From the NCBI GenBank assembly GCA_964035545.1, contig OZ037767.1, positions 8,380,581 through 8,444,580 of the forward strand: a stretch of DNA of 64,000 nt, in the 5' to 3' direction. Both the position numbers and the translations under genes were made by a program. The DNA comes from Bugula neritina. Taxonomy: Eukaryota > Animalia > Bryozoa. The notes under the pieces were generated by a model. That model saw only the letters and a list, made by a program, of their open reading frames with translations, made no database searches and had not been told where the DNA came from. Below, in pieces: positions 23,904 through 38,300 of the stretch (its first letter is position 1; every line of letters starts with the position of its first letter).

Positions 23904-26900
23904 TTTCTAAAATCAAGAAATTGTAGGTCAACACATTGGAATAATAAAGACAATAGATGTTAAAGTCAATAAATATACATGTTAATTTAATAACACTTTA
24001 ATATAAAAGCAGATGCTTTACTTGTAAAAGTAAGTTCAACCATAAAGTTCTTATATAAACCACACTGCTCAACAAAGACCATTATATTACGACAAGACAT
24101 CTCATCTCTAATTTTGGTAGAGAAAGAGATCTTGATATTCTTAAACACCAGATATTTCTATTTGAACCGTCACACTGTACACCCCTACTTTGTGACAATT
24201 ATACATCACCTATCTTTGAGATGTTAAATGTTTTTGTCACTAGTTTATGCCTATCTGCTTTTATTTGCTTTTTGTTTTTTATTGCTAATCTTTGATAAAT
24301 TGTTTTTCAGCTCACAAAATAGTTAAAATAGTTTATATTATAAATGGCACTGGTTCAACATTCACACAGGGCGGTTCAACTTGCCCCCTTACTGGGGCCC
24401 ATTGTGCCAAAAACCTGCAGACAAAACATTGGCTCCATCTTAGTGAGTAAAATGTTTATGCATTTAGTTTTAATAAACAAAGCTAGCAACATTTGACTGA
24501 CTCTAATTTAATGGTAGTCCTTAGATTGGCAAAATAGTTCTTCAAAACTTATAATGCTCAAAAACGCAATTTTTGATTTAACTATCTCCATCTTCCCCTA
24601 ATTTGTTATATTGTACTCACTGCACTTGGTTAAATTAACTCAACTAAATGTTAGACTGATTGGAGTTTGCAATAAAATTTTTTCGATCAGAAAATAACAT
24701 TGAAAAGTCAAGTAATCTTCAATATATAAGTATGTATACGTATATATTCCTAAAATATTATCGTACCAGAAAAACAAGTGCAAAAGCAAAACAAACCAAC
24801 CACCCCCTCCCCCCTCTGCAGAAATTTATCTAACATGCAATCAATTGACTCATTTAATAGCTAGAAAAGATGAATTGTACATTCAGTAGTGTGTGCGTAC
24901 AAGGAACATAGTGTGAAGTACTTACCTCTACCTTTCCTTACTGATAGAAAATATATTATTTGTATTTCTCACGTTAAAATGCAATCACAGGTGTTTGTGA
25001 ACCATGTCAGTAAAAAGGTGTTCTACAAGCAAGACCTGTATAAAAAGTGAAAGCAAATTCCTTTTACTGAAAAAGAATAATGAGTTATGATTATGCAGAT
25101 ATACTCTATTGATATAACAATACACAGCACACTATTCTATTACTGCATGTTAGGTGCTTTAATACTCATACACAAAGAATGCTGGCCCATTGAACTAAAA
25201 CAATAGTGAAACTAAAACTCACAATGCTGTTTGTTTATACTTTAAAATCAATTGGTTTACCAATCAATATTGTCTAGTGTGTTATGTAAAATACTAAAAC
25301 ATGTGTTTATAAATATAGGTCTTTTGATGTAATACAAATAAATATATTCTAGACACATATTTATGGAGAAAAATATATTCATTTTTACTTTCATATCGCA
25401 GTAAATTAGAGTTTACTAACAATTTGTTAGAAATAAGAGGCAGTACACTCTATTGCTGTTTCCTAATATATTGATCTGTGTTTGTAACATGTAAATCTTA
25501 GCTGAGATAGAAGACAGGCATTATTAAACAATTGTGTGTCTGATATACCTTTACTATGTATAAATGTATTAGATTTTCAATTGAACATTTATAACAATTA
25601 TTTAAGTTGTAAATGCTTCACAAATGCAGCAAAAATAGTTTGTCTACTCAATATTTATAGAAAAAAATACTGACTAAAAATATCATGATTTATTGAAAAA
25701 GATAACTAAATTTAAAGTCTTGCTAACATTGCTTTTATGAAGAATTAGGTTAGCTGACTGATCAACAGTGGTTCAGTGTTTATAGTAAACGCAGACTCAG
25801 TAGTTGAATCTGAGTAAGTCAATGGTGTTGTTAGGCTAAACATTCAGCCATAATTACTTTGCTGTTACAACATAAAAAAAGTCCAGAGCTTACTCGAAAT
25901 AGCTCTTTACAGGGGGGGGGGTTTCACGGGTTTGGTGAATTTAATAAAGTTAACTGATTATTGACATTAAAAAAAAGACACTGACTTCTTGGCAATGCTG
26001 TATCTTTTCTAAAACAAAAATTGTAACAATGATTAAATCAATAACAACAGTAAACTGTAGCAATCCCATTATCCAAGTATGTCGTGGAGTATATTAACAA
26101 GCAATGTATATATACATGAGCTTTTAACAAAACGCAAACAAAACTATACGTTACATTTTGACTTTTTTTAGAGAGTAAATAATTTCAATCTTTAATATCG
26201 ACCAATTGTCTAATTTCTACAAGTGATGATCATCTTCAAGTTAGCCTAATTATTACAGTGCGTTATGATCATCAGTGCAGATGCCCTTGTTGTAGCGCAG
26301 GCTATCATAACTCAATGAGAGAAGGAGGCTTGGAATGAGTCTATTGACACTGGAAGAATTAAAACTGTACAAGGCACATTAGCATGTAAAGGTTTATAAG
26401 ATATGCTCAACCTATCACCAATAAAGAGTCATAAACAAAAGGTTTTTTCATTGAAACTTAAAACAAAGGTGCCATTTAAAACAAAAACAGTGTAAAATGT
26501 GCTTTTCAGTTTTCAGCTTTTCTTTTGTGTTTCAATTCCATGTACTCATATAGCATAAGTTATTTTTGCCTTAAATCATGACGTTGTGCTTTAGACTCCA
26601 TATGGTCGATGCTAACTACAAACATAAGTGCATAAAAAGCACGGCTATGAGCAAACATAATATCATAATAACATCAGTTAGATAATCAAAGCAGCAATCT
26701 GATGAAAAAGCATGAATAGCTGTAACTAAAATATAGTGCTTCAATAGTCCAATCATCATTGCTGGTTGCTACAACACATAACAGAGTCTGCAACTTTTTC
26801 CTTATAAAACTACCAACTGTGCAACTTGAAATGTACTTGGATGCATATATATACTGCAGTCATAGGAAAAGCATTTCAACTGCTTTGCCATTGTTTTAGG

Positions 26901-28659
26901 TCAGTGCAAGAATTTGGCTGAGTCACTTATTTAAACTAAAGCAACACTATGTGTAAAAAAATGCATAAACCTCTCAACACAAGTATACAAGAAAGACTAT
27001 GAAAATTTTTAATTAGTGAGCATTGTAAGGACAGTATTTTTTAACTAGCATTATTTTGCTGTAAGACACACAATTAACAATGATCCTAGCCTTAGGGAAA
27101 CAAAATAATTGACGAAATTTATCGAAAACTGAAGGTTTCAGGGCTTCGTGCAGAGGCATTGCATACGAACTTTGCTGTTTTGCTTGCTCTAATTTATTTT
27201 CACCATCCATTGTTACACTTAAACATTAGTCATAATTGAGACTTATATTATGCTATATTGTAATATAAAGAGATGAGTATAAAATTAATAAGGCACAATA
27301 ATATATGCTTCATTTAATTGGCCATCTTTTATTCTGTAGTATCAAAATCATAATAGCTTATTACTCTTACAGTTTACCATATATAATACTAATATATTGT
27401 GATGCAGGTGTATAATCATCATCCTTCTGATATAATAATGGTATAATTCACGCTGAATATTTCCATAATTTTATTTAATAAGTTTCGATTTCTTTGCCAG
27501 ACTAGTTGAGGATACAACTCCATAAATTTATGCTGTATTTTTAATGAATGCTTTATTTTAGGTGTAGATGTTTTCAAGATAAAAACATATCACCAAATGC
27601 AGTTATAGAAATTTCTTAACTGTAAGAGAGAGAAACTCTATGTAAGCCATTATGAATGGTGAAACAACTCCAATATCTGTAAATGATATTACTACATTGC
27701 ATTTGAAAACAATTACAGCATTTTGTTGATATATTTCATAACCATAATATTACTATAATATAATAGTAGAACTTACAATTCTGTATAATAACCCGCTATG
27801 CAAGGGAAATAATAATTGCGACAGTTTATCTATTTTACATAATTTAAGCAAGTAACAGCACAAGAGTAACAAGCAAGAGCTCCTAAAACTCTGTCTTAGA
27901 GTTTAGAATTATTACAAATGGAAAGAGCTGACCATAACTATTTGATTACATTACAATTTAGTACAGTACACTCATAAATTTATATGAAATAATAACTACA
28001 TGTAACAGTAAACTGTAAACCTATAACTAGGCCTAATTTATGGAGCTTTATTTCATCAGCAACAACAGATAGTATTTTAGTAGCATAGCTAGTTCAGCAG
28101 TTTATGATGAATAATATTCTTGCAATGCTTGATAATTTAGATGATTTGCAATAATGAGGACAGGGGGCTGCTCCTTGGAATAACTCATACTTTCATCAGA
28201 TTATTTGTCAGTGAGCTAACAGATGTTTGGGTTTGATAGATTTATTGTGTTAAGAATATAATACCATTATATATACATATACAAGTTTTATTTGCAGTAT
28301 TTTAAAACAAATTAATCGAAATTGTTATTCCCCAAAAAAGTGAGCACAACATATACAAAACCTAAAGCATAAAAAATATATCAAAATATTGGTTTAGTAA
28401 AAGTACAATGGCCATAAGTCATGTGTAGTTATCTATTTCTAGTATTAAAAAAGAACTTAAAATAGGCAACTGGCATTTTTAAAAGGTTAACAATAAATAT
28501 TTAAGGTTGAAAAAAGTATTTACATAACTTGAGCATTTCAATATAATACCTAAGTTTATTTGAGATCAAAATCATCACTATTGGACAAAAACCAACTTGA
28601 ACCGCTATTTCAACCAAATTTTCAGCAAGCATCCATCCTGTATTCTCTACATCTAAGCA

Positions 28660-31600
28660 TCACCTCCCAGTTGGGTAGGTCTGATTAGTGCACAAGTATC
28701 CGTATATGTCATCAGGACAATCACAGTGAAAAGACAGTTTGGTGTCCTCACAGTAGCCTTGGGCACATAAAGTACAGTTGCCGTTGTTGAAACACGGGCT
28801 ATCGTCACAGATGCTGTGGCAGTCTTTTCCAGTGAAACCAGCATTACAGTCACAGAAAAAGTCATTTGGAATGTCGTAGCAAGTAGCATTCTGTCCACAG
28901 GGAGAGCTCAAACACTCGTTAGAATCTGGAAATAATGGTGGGTTGGTTTATAAAATTATTGTGATTGAAGCATTTAGTGTAGAAAAAAAGCTGTGCAATA
29001 ACTTCGAACCTAAGCATTTTGCTACAAACGGTACTTTAGAGCATCGAATCTGATAAATTATAATAATCCTAGACAATTTAATTATTCGCAAAAGATATAG
29101 CTGCAACACTCAGCTTTCCTATCGCCTTACTAACAACTAAATCATTAGAAACACAAAAATTAATAATATTAATGTAATACGTCATCTTACGTTACTTGGA
29201 GCAAATAAAATGCATAGCAATTCCCATCTTTTTTACATACCCCCATTATAACAGATACATTTAGATAATAAGACTCAATAATTTGTATGAAAAAAATTGT
29301 TTCAGCAAAACTTTCAGTATTGTCAAATGTGGAATGACTGGTGAAAAGGAAGGAAAGAACAGATTGATAACAAATTATGCAAAGACATTATTTTTTACTT
29401 ATCTTAATGAACCAAAATCTGTCCTCATACTATACCATAAACACTTACATATAATGCTGCACTCCTAATATCTGTCAGCATGCAAAAAACTATTCAGAAA
29501 ATATTTAAAAATCAGTGCTTGTTGCATAAAACAAGAAATTGAGTGTGAAATGCTAACTACCTGTCTGACATTGTGCTCCTTCATATCCATCATCACATAC
29601 ACAGGAAAATCCATTCACTTCATCTGTACAGTTGCCATGGAAACAAGGGCTACTATCACACTCATTGATCTCTACATCGCAGTCTGTACCATTATATCCA
29701 GCATTACATAGACAGAGATACTCTGTCTCTGAGAGATCATGGCAGGTTCCATTGCCAGAGCAAGGAGTAGTGAAGTTCGCACATGGATATGTAACATTTT
29801 CTGCAGAAAAAATGCAAAATATGGAAAAGAGATGTAAACTAAATATCTTATTGACATGCTCCTTTGTTTGCATGAAATATGCATGCAATAGCCACAGGGG
29901 TGTGTATGTGTGCGCACGCGTGCGTGAGTGCGTGCATGCATGCGTGCAGATGTGTGTGTGTGTGATCTGGGGAGATAATTTCATGGTGGCAATAACAATG
30001 AAAGTGTGTAAATGACTAGAAAATCACATGCCTCAGCTTATGTACTGAAGTAGTGCAAGAGAATGAAGATTATTCATTATAAGGGAAGGTTATTTGGTAT
30101 AATTACACCTATGACTAAGTAATGTCTATATCACATATATGACTAAGTAATGTCTATATCACATATATGACTAAGTAATGTCTATATCACATATATGACT
30201 AGGCAATGTATATATCACATATATTACTAGGTAATGTAAATATCACATGCCTACATGGTGAAATACAAAGCAGGTGATATATAACATACGTATGACTGAT
30301 TCGCACTGATCTCCTTCGTACATACTATCACATTCACATAAGAGCTGGCCAGGCAGGGTATGGGTACAGGTGCCTGCTCCAGTACACCTCAGGTCATTAC
30401 AGTCTGATATCTCTGTAACCAGTAAATAAGTAAGTGTCAACTTTTGTGTATACATGTATGACACAAGTTGGGTTACTGTCACCGCATTTCCAGTGTTTCA
30501 CATTATGCAAACGGATTGTTCGTTTAATGTTTAGGGACAGTTGCATCAAATGAAACCACAACCATAAGCTAATGGGAACCACAATCCTAAATCCATTTGA
30601 AGCAATGGAAACGCAGTGTGTATGTATAGTTAACAATACATACATGTATGAAACCAACTCTTCAATTAATATGTGCAGTCAGTAACTTTTATTGGAATTT
30701 AGACTGGCGAGTTTGTGAGAAATAACTCTGAAGCAATTTAAAGACTGAAAAAACAATTACAAAATGACACACAATTGTTGGAACATTCAAAAAGACATCA
30801 GTGATTAGCAGATTCAGATCAAAAAATTTTAAAAAGGGAATTAGAAAAGTTGCCTATTTCCATTCACTATACTATTACAGAGAAAACTGAGTTCAGAATT
30901 TTATTATCAATATACTGGATACGAAACCAACTTACTTATCTCACAGTTTCTCCCATAATGCATTTCATTGCACAAACAAAAATACCGATCTAGACCATCC
31001 AGGCAGGTGCTGTTGTTCAGACATGGACTTGAAGCACAGAAATCTTTAGCTACCAAATACATCGTTATTTATTATTATGCATTTCTTTGGGTTTTTTATT
31101 TAAAATACTTCTAAGAAATATCAAGTATGTAGCTATGGCCCAGGAATTAGAGGCAAGTAATGGAAGCAAGAGAACCTGCTGATTATAATTCATGTTAGCT
31201 GTTTAAAAGTACAAATCATGTTGTAGTATGATGCAGTAGTGTGCCTACAACTTTGATCCATCACAGCTAATGTGACCATAACTGAGTGTTCATTTTTAAG
31301 ATATCTATAATAAAAAACCACTCTAGTCTAACATTCAAAATTGATGATTTGAATTCTTTGGACTTACCGTTCAAAGATATAGAATTGTTAAGAGAAGCCA
31401 CTACGGGGCAATCCAGACACACATCTACAAAACAATTTCACTAGAATATGACAGACACAGAAATAAAGTGTGGGAAGACTATACAAGAATCAAAGATATC
31501 TGCTATAAGTCTAGCTAGACAATATTTACATTTGATGCCGAGTACTAGATGTGAAAGACTTAAAATAAGCCCACATACAAAACCTAAATACAAATGAATT

Positions 31601-34473
31601 CAAAAGTGAAAATTGCACCAGAGCATTTGTAAAAAAGTAAAACTAAGTACATGTTGCTTAAATGTTCATATAAAAATAGCAAAAAATCAACACATGCAAC
31701 TGCAGTAACCCAAAACCACAAAACTTTATTGTTTCTAAACACACTTGAAGAGTTGTCTAAATATTTTGTAAAATTTAAAAGAACAACAAAGCGATCCAAA
31801 AGGTGGTATTACAGACTCTGACTACTAAGAGCTCAGCAACATGAAAATCTAAAATACACAGCTACTTTACTTTGTTACAGATAGACTGGCAAGTGACAAC
31901 AGGTGACCTGTCAATATAGGGTCCTCAGTGCTGAGGTTAGGTATGAGAGAAGGAAGGCCAGTGGTAATGGTGGAATTGACGATATTTTTCATATCTTCAG
32001 TCACACTGGTTACACTCGTGTAGTTGAAGAGCAGAGAGACGTTAATTCTGATACTCCCTTCTCTGAAACAAAGATGAGCATGCAATTTTTCAGTCACTAA
32101 AAATATTGGTACATGTGTGTGCATGCATGTGTACGTGTGTGCATGTGTACGTGTGTGTGTGTGTGTGTAAATTATTGTCAGGTAATTAAACATGATAGGT
32201 TCATGTGGTTTTAGTTCATTAGATATTTTAAAATGGCATATAATGCTGCTACCTTAATTCAAACATCGTGCCCCAATAATGTCTAAAAGTTTGTAAATTG
32301 ATATACAAGCAAATAGCGTACAAGCAGGTTTTTAAATAATAAACTAAAAGAAATTGCCAGACATAAAAAAACTTTCTTAAAAAACCTGGAAATAAAAGTA
32401 CTTACGAAATAGATGTCACAGAGCAGCCATTGAACTCTGGCACACTGTTGAAGAGACTTGACACATTATCACAGGTGTTTATAGCAAGTACGTGATATTC
32501 CACATCACCTGGGTCTAGCAGAGGTATAGCAAATGTCTCGGCTATCACTAGAGTAAGCTCATAAACAGCTGAAATATAAACAACATCTTTTAAAAAGCAG
32601 TGGTTCCGTCATAAAAAATGATTCAATTTATTCAAAATCCTATGCTGTACTCACAATTTTCTCAAATACAAGAGCAATGCAAATGTATAATTCATAAGCA
32701 GGTGATATTTCAAGGAAATAAAAAGATATGTTTTACTCACCAGAAATATCCAGCAGTGGAGCGGTGGTTGTAGTGGTTGGAGTGGTTGTGGTGGTTGGAG
32801 TGGTTGTGGTGGTTGGAGTGGTTGTGGTGGTGGTTGGAGTGGTTGTGGTGGTGGGAGTAGTAGTAGTGGTGAGAATAGTAGTGGTAGTAGAAGTGGTAGT
32901 AGCAGCAGTAGTAGTAGCAGCAGTAGTAGTAGCAGCAGCAGTAGTAACAGCAGTAGTAGTAATTGATGAGGTGGAAAAAGTAGTTTTTTCTGAGGCTGGT
33001 ATTGGCTTCAACTCTAAAATGTGTCACAATAATGAATAAAAATATTTGTTTCAAAGGAGCAGTTTGTAGCAAACTATAGCCTACTACATACCATTTATTC
33101 TAATCAATAAACCACTACCACTAAGTTTGGGCATCAAAGTCGTTAATAATTATGTTTACTAAACCTGCATGTTTTAGTAAACATAATAAATTATAATATC
33201 TTAAGGAAAGAAATCGTCTTATCTATGAAACCAAAACTCTCGCATTGTGTGTTCATTGCTTCACATAATATTCGAATAGATTTTTTATTCGATGTTTGGT
33301 AACAGTTTCATCAAATGCAACCACAACTATAAGTTACTACAGACCGCAACCACAAATCCAATAGTACAACCATTTGTACGGAATCTATTTGAAGCAAGGG
33401 AAGCGCAGTGAAAGGGACCGAGCTTCTCAACCAGTTGTGTGAACAGATTTGGTAAGGAAAAAGATAATGATCTACACTTACTGCTCCAATCTGCAACAGA
33501 TAGCGCCACTCCTAGCAGAATTATAGCAACAACGCAGGCTGCGAGCATAGATAGAAAGAACACAGGCTTCTGGTACCACTTGAGAGATTCTGTTTCCTGT
33601 GTATTTTTAAGGTCTTCACTCTCAGAACTAGATGCAGAAGACGGCATTGTCACAACAGCTTCAGTGACAGCACCACCACTTTGTCGACTGTTACTGACGC
33701 TTATATCGCCTTCCAGATCTCCATTGTCCAGCTCAGTGACAAATGTTGTGTTGGCAGAGCCATAGACTTGTGTGGTAAATGTGCTGTCGGAGATTGTTGG
33801 GGACGGTGCTACTTTGTTCGCTACAATCAGACAACATTCTATGAGAATTTAGATAAAGTTACTTTATACAAATTGAACTTACCAGAGAAAGAAATCAGAA
33901 TTGCAGCACCAAATAGGGCCTTCAAATAATTTGGTTATCACCAAACTTCGAAACACACAGGTTATGTAACAAAAAATTACAGGACATTTTTGGTGGGATT
34001 CCTTTTTTTCTTTTAACAAACTCAGTGAAAAATAAGGAGATTATTTAGATAATTACAATATTATGATAGACCTTTATTGTATTTTAAGAAATAAAGCAGA
34101 TATAATTAATTATACTGTTAGAGAATATAACTAAAAGCTCACCCCAATGAGAAGGTAAGCTGAGACGTGAAGCTGGTTGATCAACCGGTAACGGAGTAAC
34201 ATTTTCTTCTTGGATGGTATCCAATTGGTAAGATTTCTCTCCATCCTAAATAAAATAGCGTAGAATATCAACTCATGTAAACCATTTCATAATTAAGAGT
34301 TGCAAACAATTTGCATCTAGCCTCACTCCCCCATTTCCCAACCCAAAAGTGGCTACAGAAATAAAGCTACACAAAATTTATTTCAGCTGTGATTGGAGTA
34401 TGTTTTTTAAGAAACGTATTGAAAATAAGTTTACTTAAAATATTGTTGACAAACAAGAATTGCTTACCGCCAT
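28660..34473 (-). CDS. Paralogue B: type II membrane protein with Thr-rich stalk, SEA-like domain and 6 EGF repeats
   Basis: Phase-consistent exons: 34468-34473 (ATGGCG), 34143-34245, 33482-33820 (TM), 32741-33013 (Thr-rich), 32406-32568 and 31908-32062 (SEA-like, EGSIRI), 31368-31424, EGF exons 30936-31049, 30290-30412, 29561-29800, 28660-28925. Confidence 0.87.
30110..30247. repeat. 28-bp minisatellite, about 5 copies
   Basis: Unit ATGACTAAGTAATGTCTATATCACATAT. Confidence 0.9.
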
Positions 34474-35362
34474 TTTGCAGTCTGATCAGCGTTGGTGCAA
34501 TTTGTGAATGAGTACACACGGTGTAGAACTATGCTGTTAACTGTCTTAGACAGCAGTTTCGCTTGATAAACTCAACCTATTATCAAACAGGAATAGTTGG
34601 TAAAGGTTGATAAGATCTTGCTTTTCATTAGTAAAAGAAATAAATTCTAACATACCTTTAATAAAAGGTGAAAAGAATTTTAACAAAAAGCCCTGTTTCA
34701 CAATAGAAGCAATGCAAAAAACCATGCTCTTACTTTATGAAAACAAAAACATGTTAGCAGCGCTTCCTTTGTTCTCCAATTCCATGTACTAATGTAGGTT
34801 AGTTTAGCACTAAATCACGATGTTGTACTTTGAGTATATGACCACATTGTTTATAACAATGAGCATAATACTAGGTTGACATATAGTTGGATAATCAAAG
34901 CTGCAATCTAATAAAGCACTATGAATAGCAGTAACTAAAACACTAAACTTCAATTGTTCAACTGTCTTTGTAAGTTACTACAACACAGCAGGCTTGTTTT
35001 CCTACCTGTAAATATGTCTGAGCATAAAATTAAATGAGTCTTTATTAAGCAATTCAAAGCCCCTTTTAATTGACATGTTTATAAAAATATATTTTATAAA
35101 GTTTGAAGGCAGTTCAAAATTAAGATGAAAGCATTAATATAGTATTTAATTCTATCTGTAAAGAAAAGCACAACATAATTAGAATGAGTTATTTATATAA
35201 ATAGTTGGTCTAAACCCTTCATAATCCTAACAGTATTCCACAGTGAATCATGGGATAGGTGGTGGAAAGAGAAAGACGTATTATGATAATGAGTTCCTTT
35301 CATTAACCGTAAAACACATTGCTAATAACTTAGAGGTCAAGCATATAAAGCAAGGAGATCTA

Positions 35363-38300
35363 TTAATCCAGAAGAGAAATATTCTGAGGTTTTCGACTGA
35401 GTGCAGAGTAATTAGACATATTTGCTGCTTCTATTTCACTCTGCAGATTCCGCTTTTCCTGTTCCAGTCTACGTTTAGTTTCTTTATTCTTTTCTAATCT
35501 GTTATTTAATGATTTCATGAGGGGAGTGACTAGAGTGTCCAACACGTGACAAACACTAGCTGAGTACACTAAAACACAAATTATATAAAAGATATTTATC
35601 AGTCACTAGGTACAGTAATGTGTAGGGAGCAGCCATGGTCTAGGCCCTAGGGGTTAGGGCGTTTGCCTAGTAAGCACGAAGTCATGGGTTCAAACCTCAG
35701 TAAAGACCATTGGTGATGTTAGGAAGAGCATCCTGTGCCACATCTGAATAAGTCGTTAGCCCCACTTAACGAACACCTCTTTTATCAGAGGTTTTCTCAC
35801 AGGGATAGTGACTATAAACTTGCGTAAGTTACAGTAATGTGTGGAGGTATCAGTGGTATCAATTCTTCATTATGTCTAAATATCACAGCAGAGTTTACAG
35901 GGTAGATGGATAGTATAATATACCACAGCACAGTGTGCGTGTTAGTAGCTTACCTGATGCATTGTGTAGTTGAGTGACTAAGTTACCACCACCAGAAGGT
36001 AGTGAGGCACGGTACGCTAGACTCTCTTCAGTGAGAAGGACTTTTGGCAAGGAAACGAGGCTTTGCAGGTTGTGCACCTCAAACGTTAGCTTTTTATCAA
36101 TGTATAGTGGCACTTCTCTTCTTTCATACCTTCAAATATAAATACAACTTTAAATACAGTACTCACTAGTATACAGTACTTACTAGTATATAGTACTTAC
36201 TCATTAGTATACAGTACTCACTAGTATACAGTACTTACTCACTAGTATATAGTACTTACTCATTAGTATACAGTACTTACTCACTAGTATACAGTACTTA
36301 CTCACTAGTATACAGTACTTACTCACTAGTATACAGTACTTACTCACTAGTATACAGTACTTACTCACTAGTATACAGTACTTACTCACTAGTATACAGT
36401 ACTTACTCACTAGTATACAGTACTTACTCACTAGTATACAGTACTTACTCACTAGTATACAGTACTTACTCACTAGTATACAGTACTTACTCACTAGTAT
36501 ACAGTACTTACTCACTAGTATATAGTACTTACTCATTAGCACTGTTGTACTTACTCATTAGCACTGTTGTACTTTGTCACCGACTGAAAACATGTCACTG
36601 TAATCTGTGATTCCTACAACACATTTAGTAACTCTACAACACATCTTTTCATTCACTTTATATTTCTATTCATGTGCAAAAGGTAAAAACTGAGAATTAA
36701 TTGTATGGCAAACAGAAGCACCTGGCAGAAAATGCTCTTAGCTGTGCTTTAATACACTATATAATACAATGAACTATCTTTGTTTACGTTAATCATTCAT
36801 TCGAAGACACCTGCTAGGGGAAAGCTTTTCCACAGCAATAAAAAAACAAAGAGTGCTAAATAGCATCCATAATTGATAAATGCAAGAAACTCCTAATAAA
36901 TGCAATTCTGCTAATATGAATTACTAAATATAATCTACATATATACTACATATTTGTTTCAGTAAACTTTCTTGTTCAATTAAAACTTAAACACTTGTTT
37001 GATAAGATGAACAAAATATTTGTAGTGTTGACAAGGGACTGAAAATAGAGTTTTTAGTTTTTCTTCACAACAATCACCATAACAACAATTCCATGAGAAG
37101 TGAACCTTCTATCTTCTGACACAACAAACCACAAGCAAAACTTTCAACTTGAAAAAAGTTATCTAAGACATACAATACAAAATATATAAACTGCCAAAGA
37201 CTAGCATATGCAGTAGCACATAGACTATAAGTCTAATAGAAACTAGAACAGTGTTTTCTAGAATACAGAGCAGGGTATTTATTAGCTTAAGACGTCACAA
37301 CTATTGATTATTGACTACTGATTATATATTGTTACTTTACAAGTTTACCTGAGTCTGTTTATCAATATTGAACACAGAGAAGATAACTCCAACAAAGCAT
37401 GGGTCCATCATCTGGTAGTCAGCCTGTGTTCTCACATCTATTAGCAAGAGATGTACAAGTAGTATGATAGGAGAGATCTGAGTTTACATCCACAATATGT
37501 ATCTAATACTAGAAACTAAGCCGGCTTTTACATAATATCTCAGTAGTATAATAAGTATTGCAATTTTCTACAAACCTATTTTTTCTAAGAAGAAAAGTCT
37601 GGAGACATGTGTTAAAAAATAGATGAGAAGGTAAAAGTCCCGCCCCCCTCATCTTAGACAAATACTTATATAACCTCAATTATAAAATATAAACCCACAA
37701 AATTTAATCAAAATGTAAGTTAAATATATACAGCGCCTGAAATAAACATCCATTATAATTCCTAGTTTATTTTTAACTAATCTTTACATTTCACATAGCA
37801 TACAATATAAAGGTAAGTCAGAATATCTAAATCTTATAGTAATTATTTAAATCAACAATAAAATTATCACACAAGTTTGCAGTGGGCCTTGTAGAACAGA
37901 AGCCAGATAGAGCGGTAGCTGAATGGTAAGATGAATATGTATATATAAACACAGTATATACCAATGTAGAGGTGCCATATTTTGGTGCGATTCCGAGGAA
38001 ATATACTAACATAAATATTTACAAGAATAAAAGTTCAGCAGAAGAAAGAAGGAAGACATGAAGCCTACCGACATGTGAGGGCCAGACAGTGATGTGGGGG
38101 TGTGAGTGGTACCACCCAATAACTCTCATAGGTCTCTTCAACTTGTGCTCCAGACTCTGCAATAGCAACATATATTATACAATACTTGTAGCAGCTGTGG
38201 AAGTCAAAGGAATCAGATGAATATCTCATGGGAGAACCAAAATAATGAGCTCAACAGTATGTAAAGAAATACCATATTCCTATATAACATAGGACTGAAA

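Noticed and set aside
33883-33925. Signal-peptide-like cryptic exon (LKALFGAAILISFS) with a good donor in paralogue B
   Set aside because: Starts with TTG, has an upstream in-frame stop and no phase-compatible acceptor.
36204-36542. (VSKYCIL)n ORF, or a CRISPR-like array
   Set aside because: Head-to-tail 21-bp minisatellite with no unique spacers, inside a eukaryotic intron.
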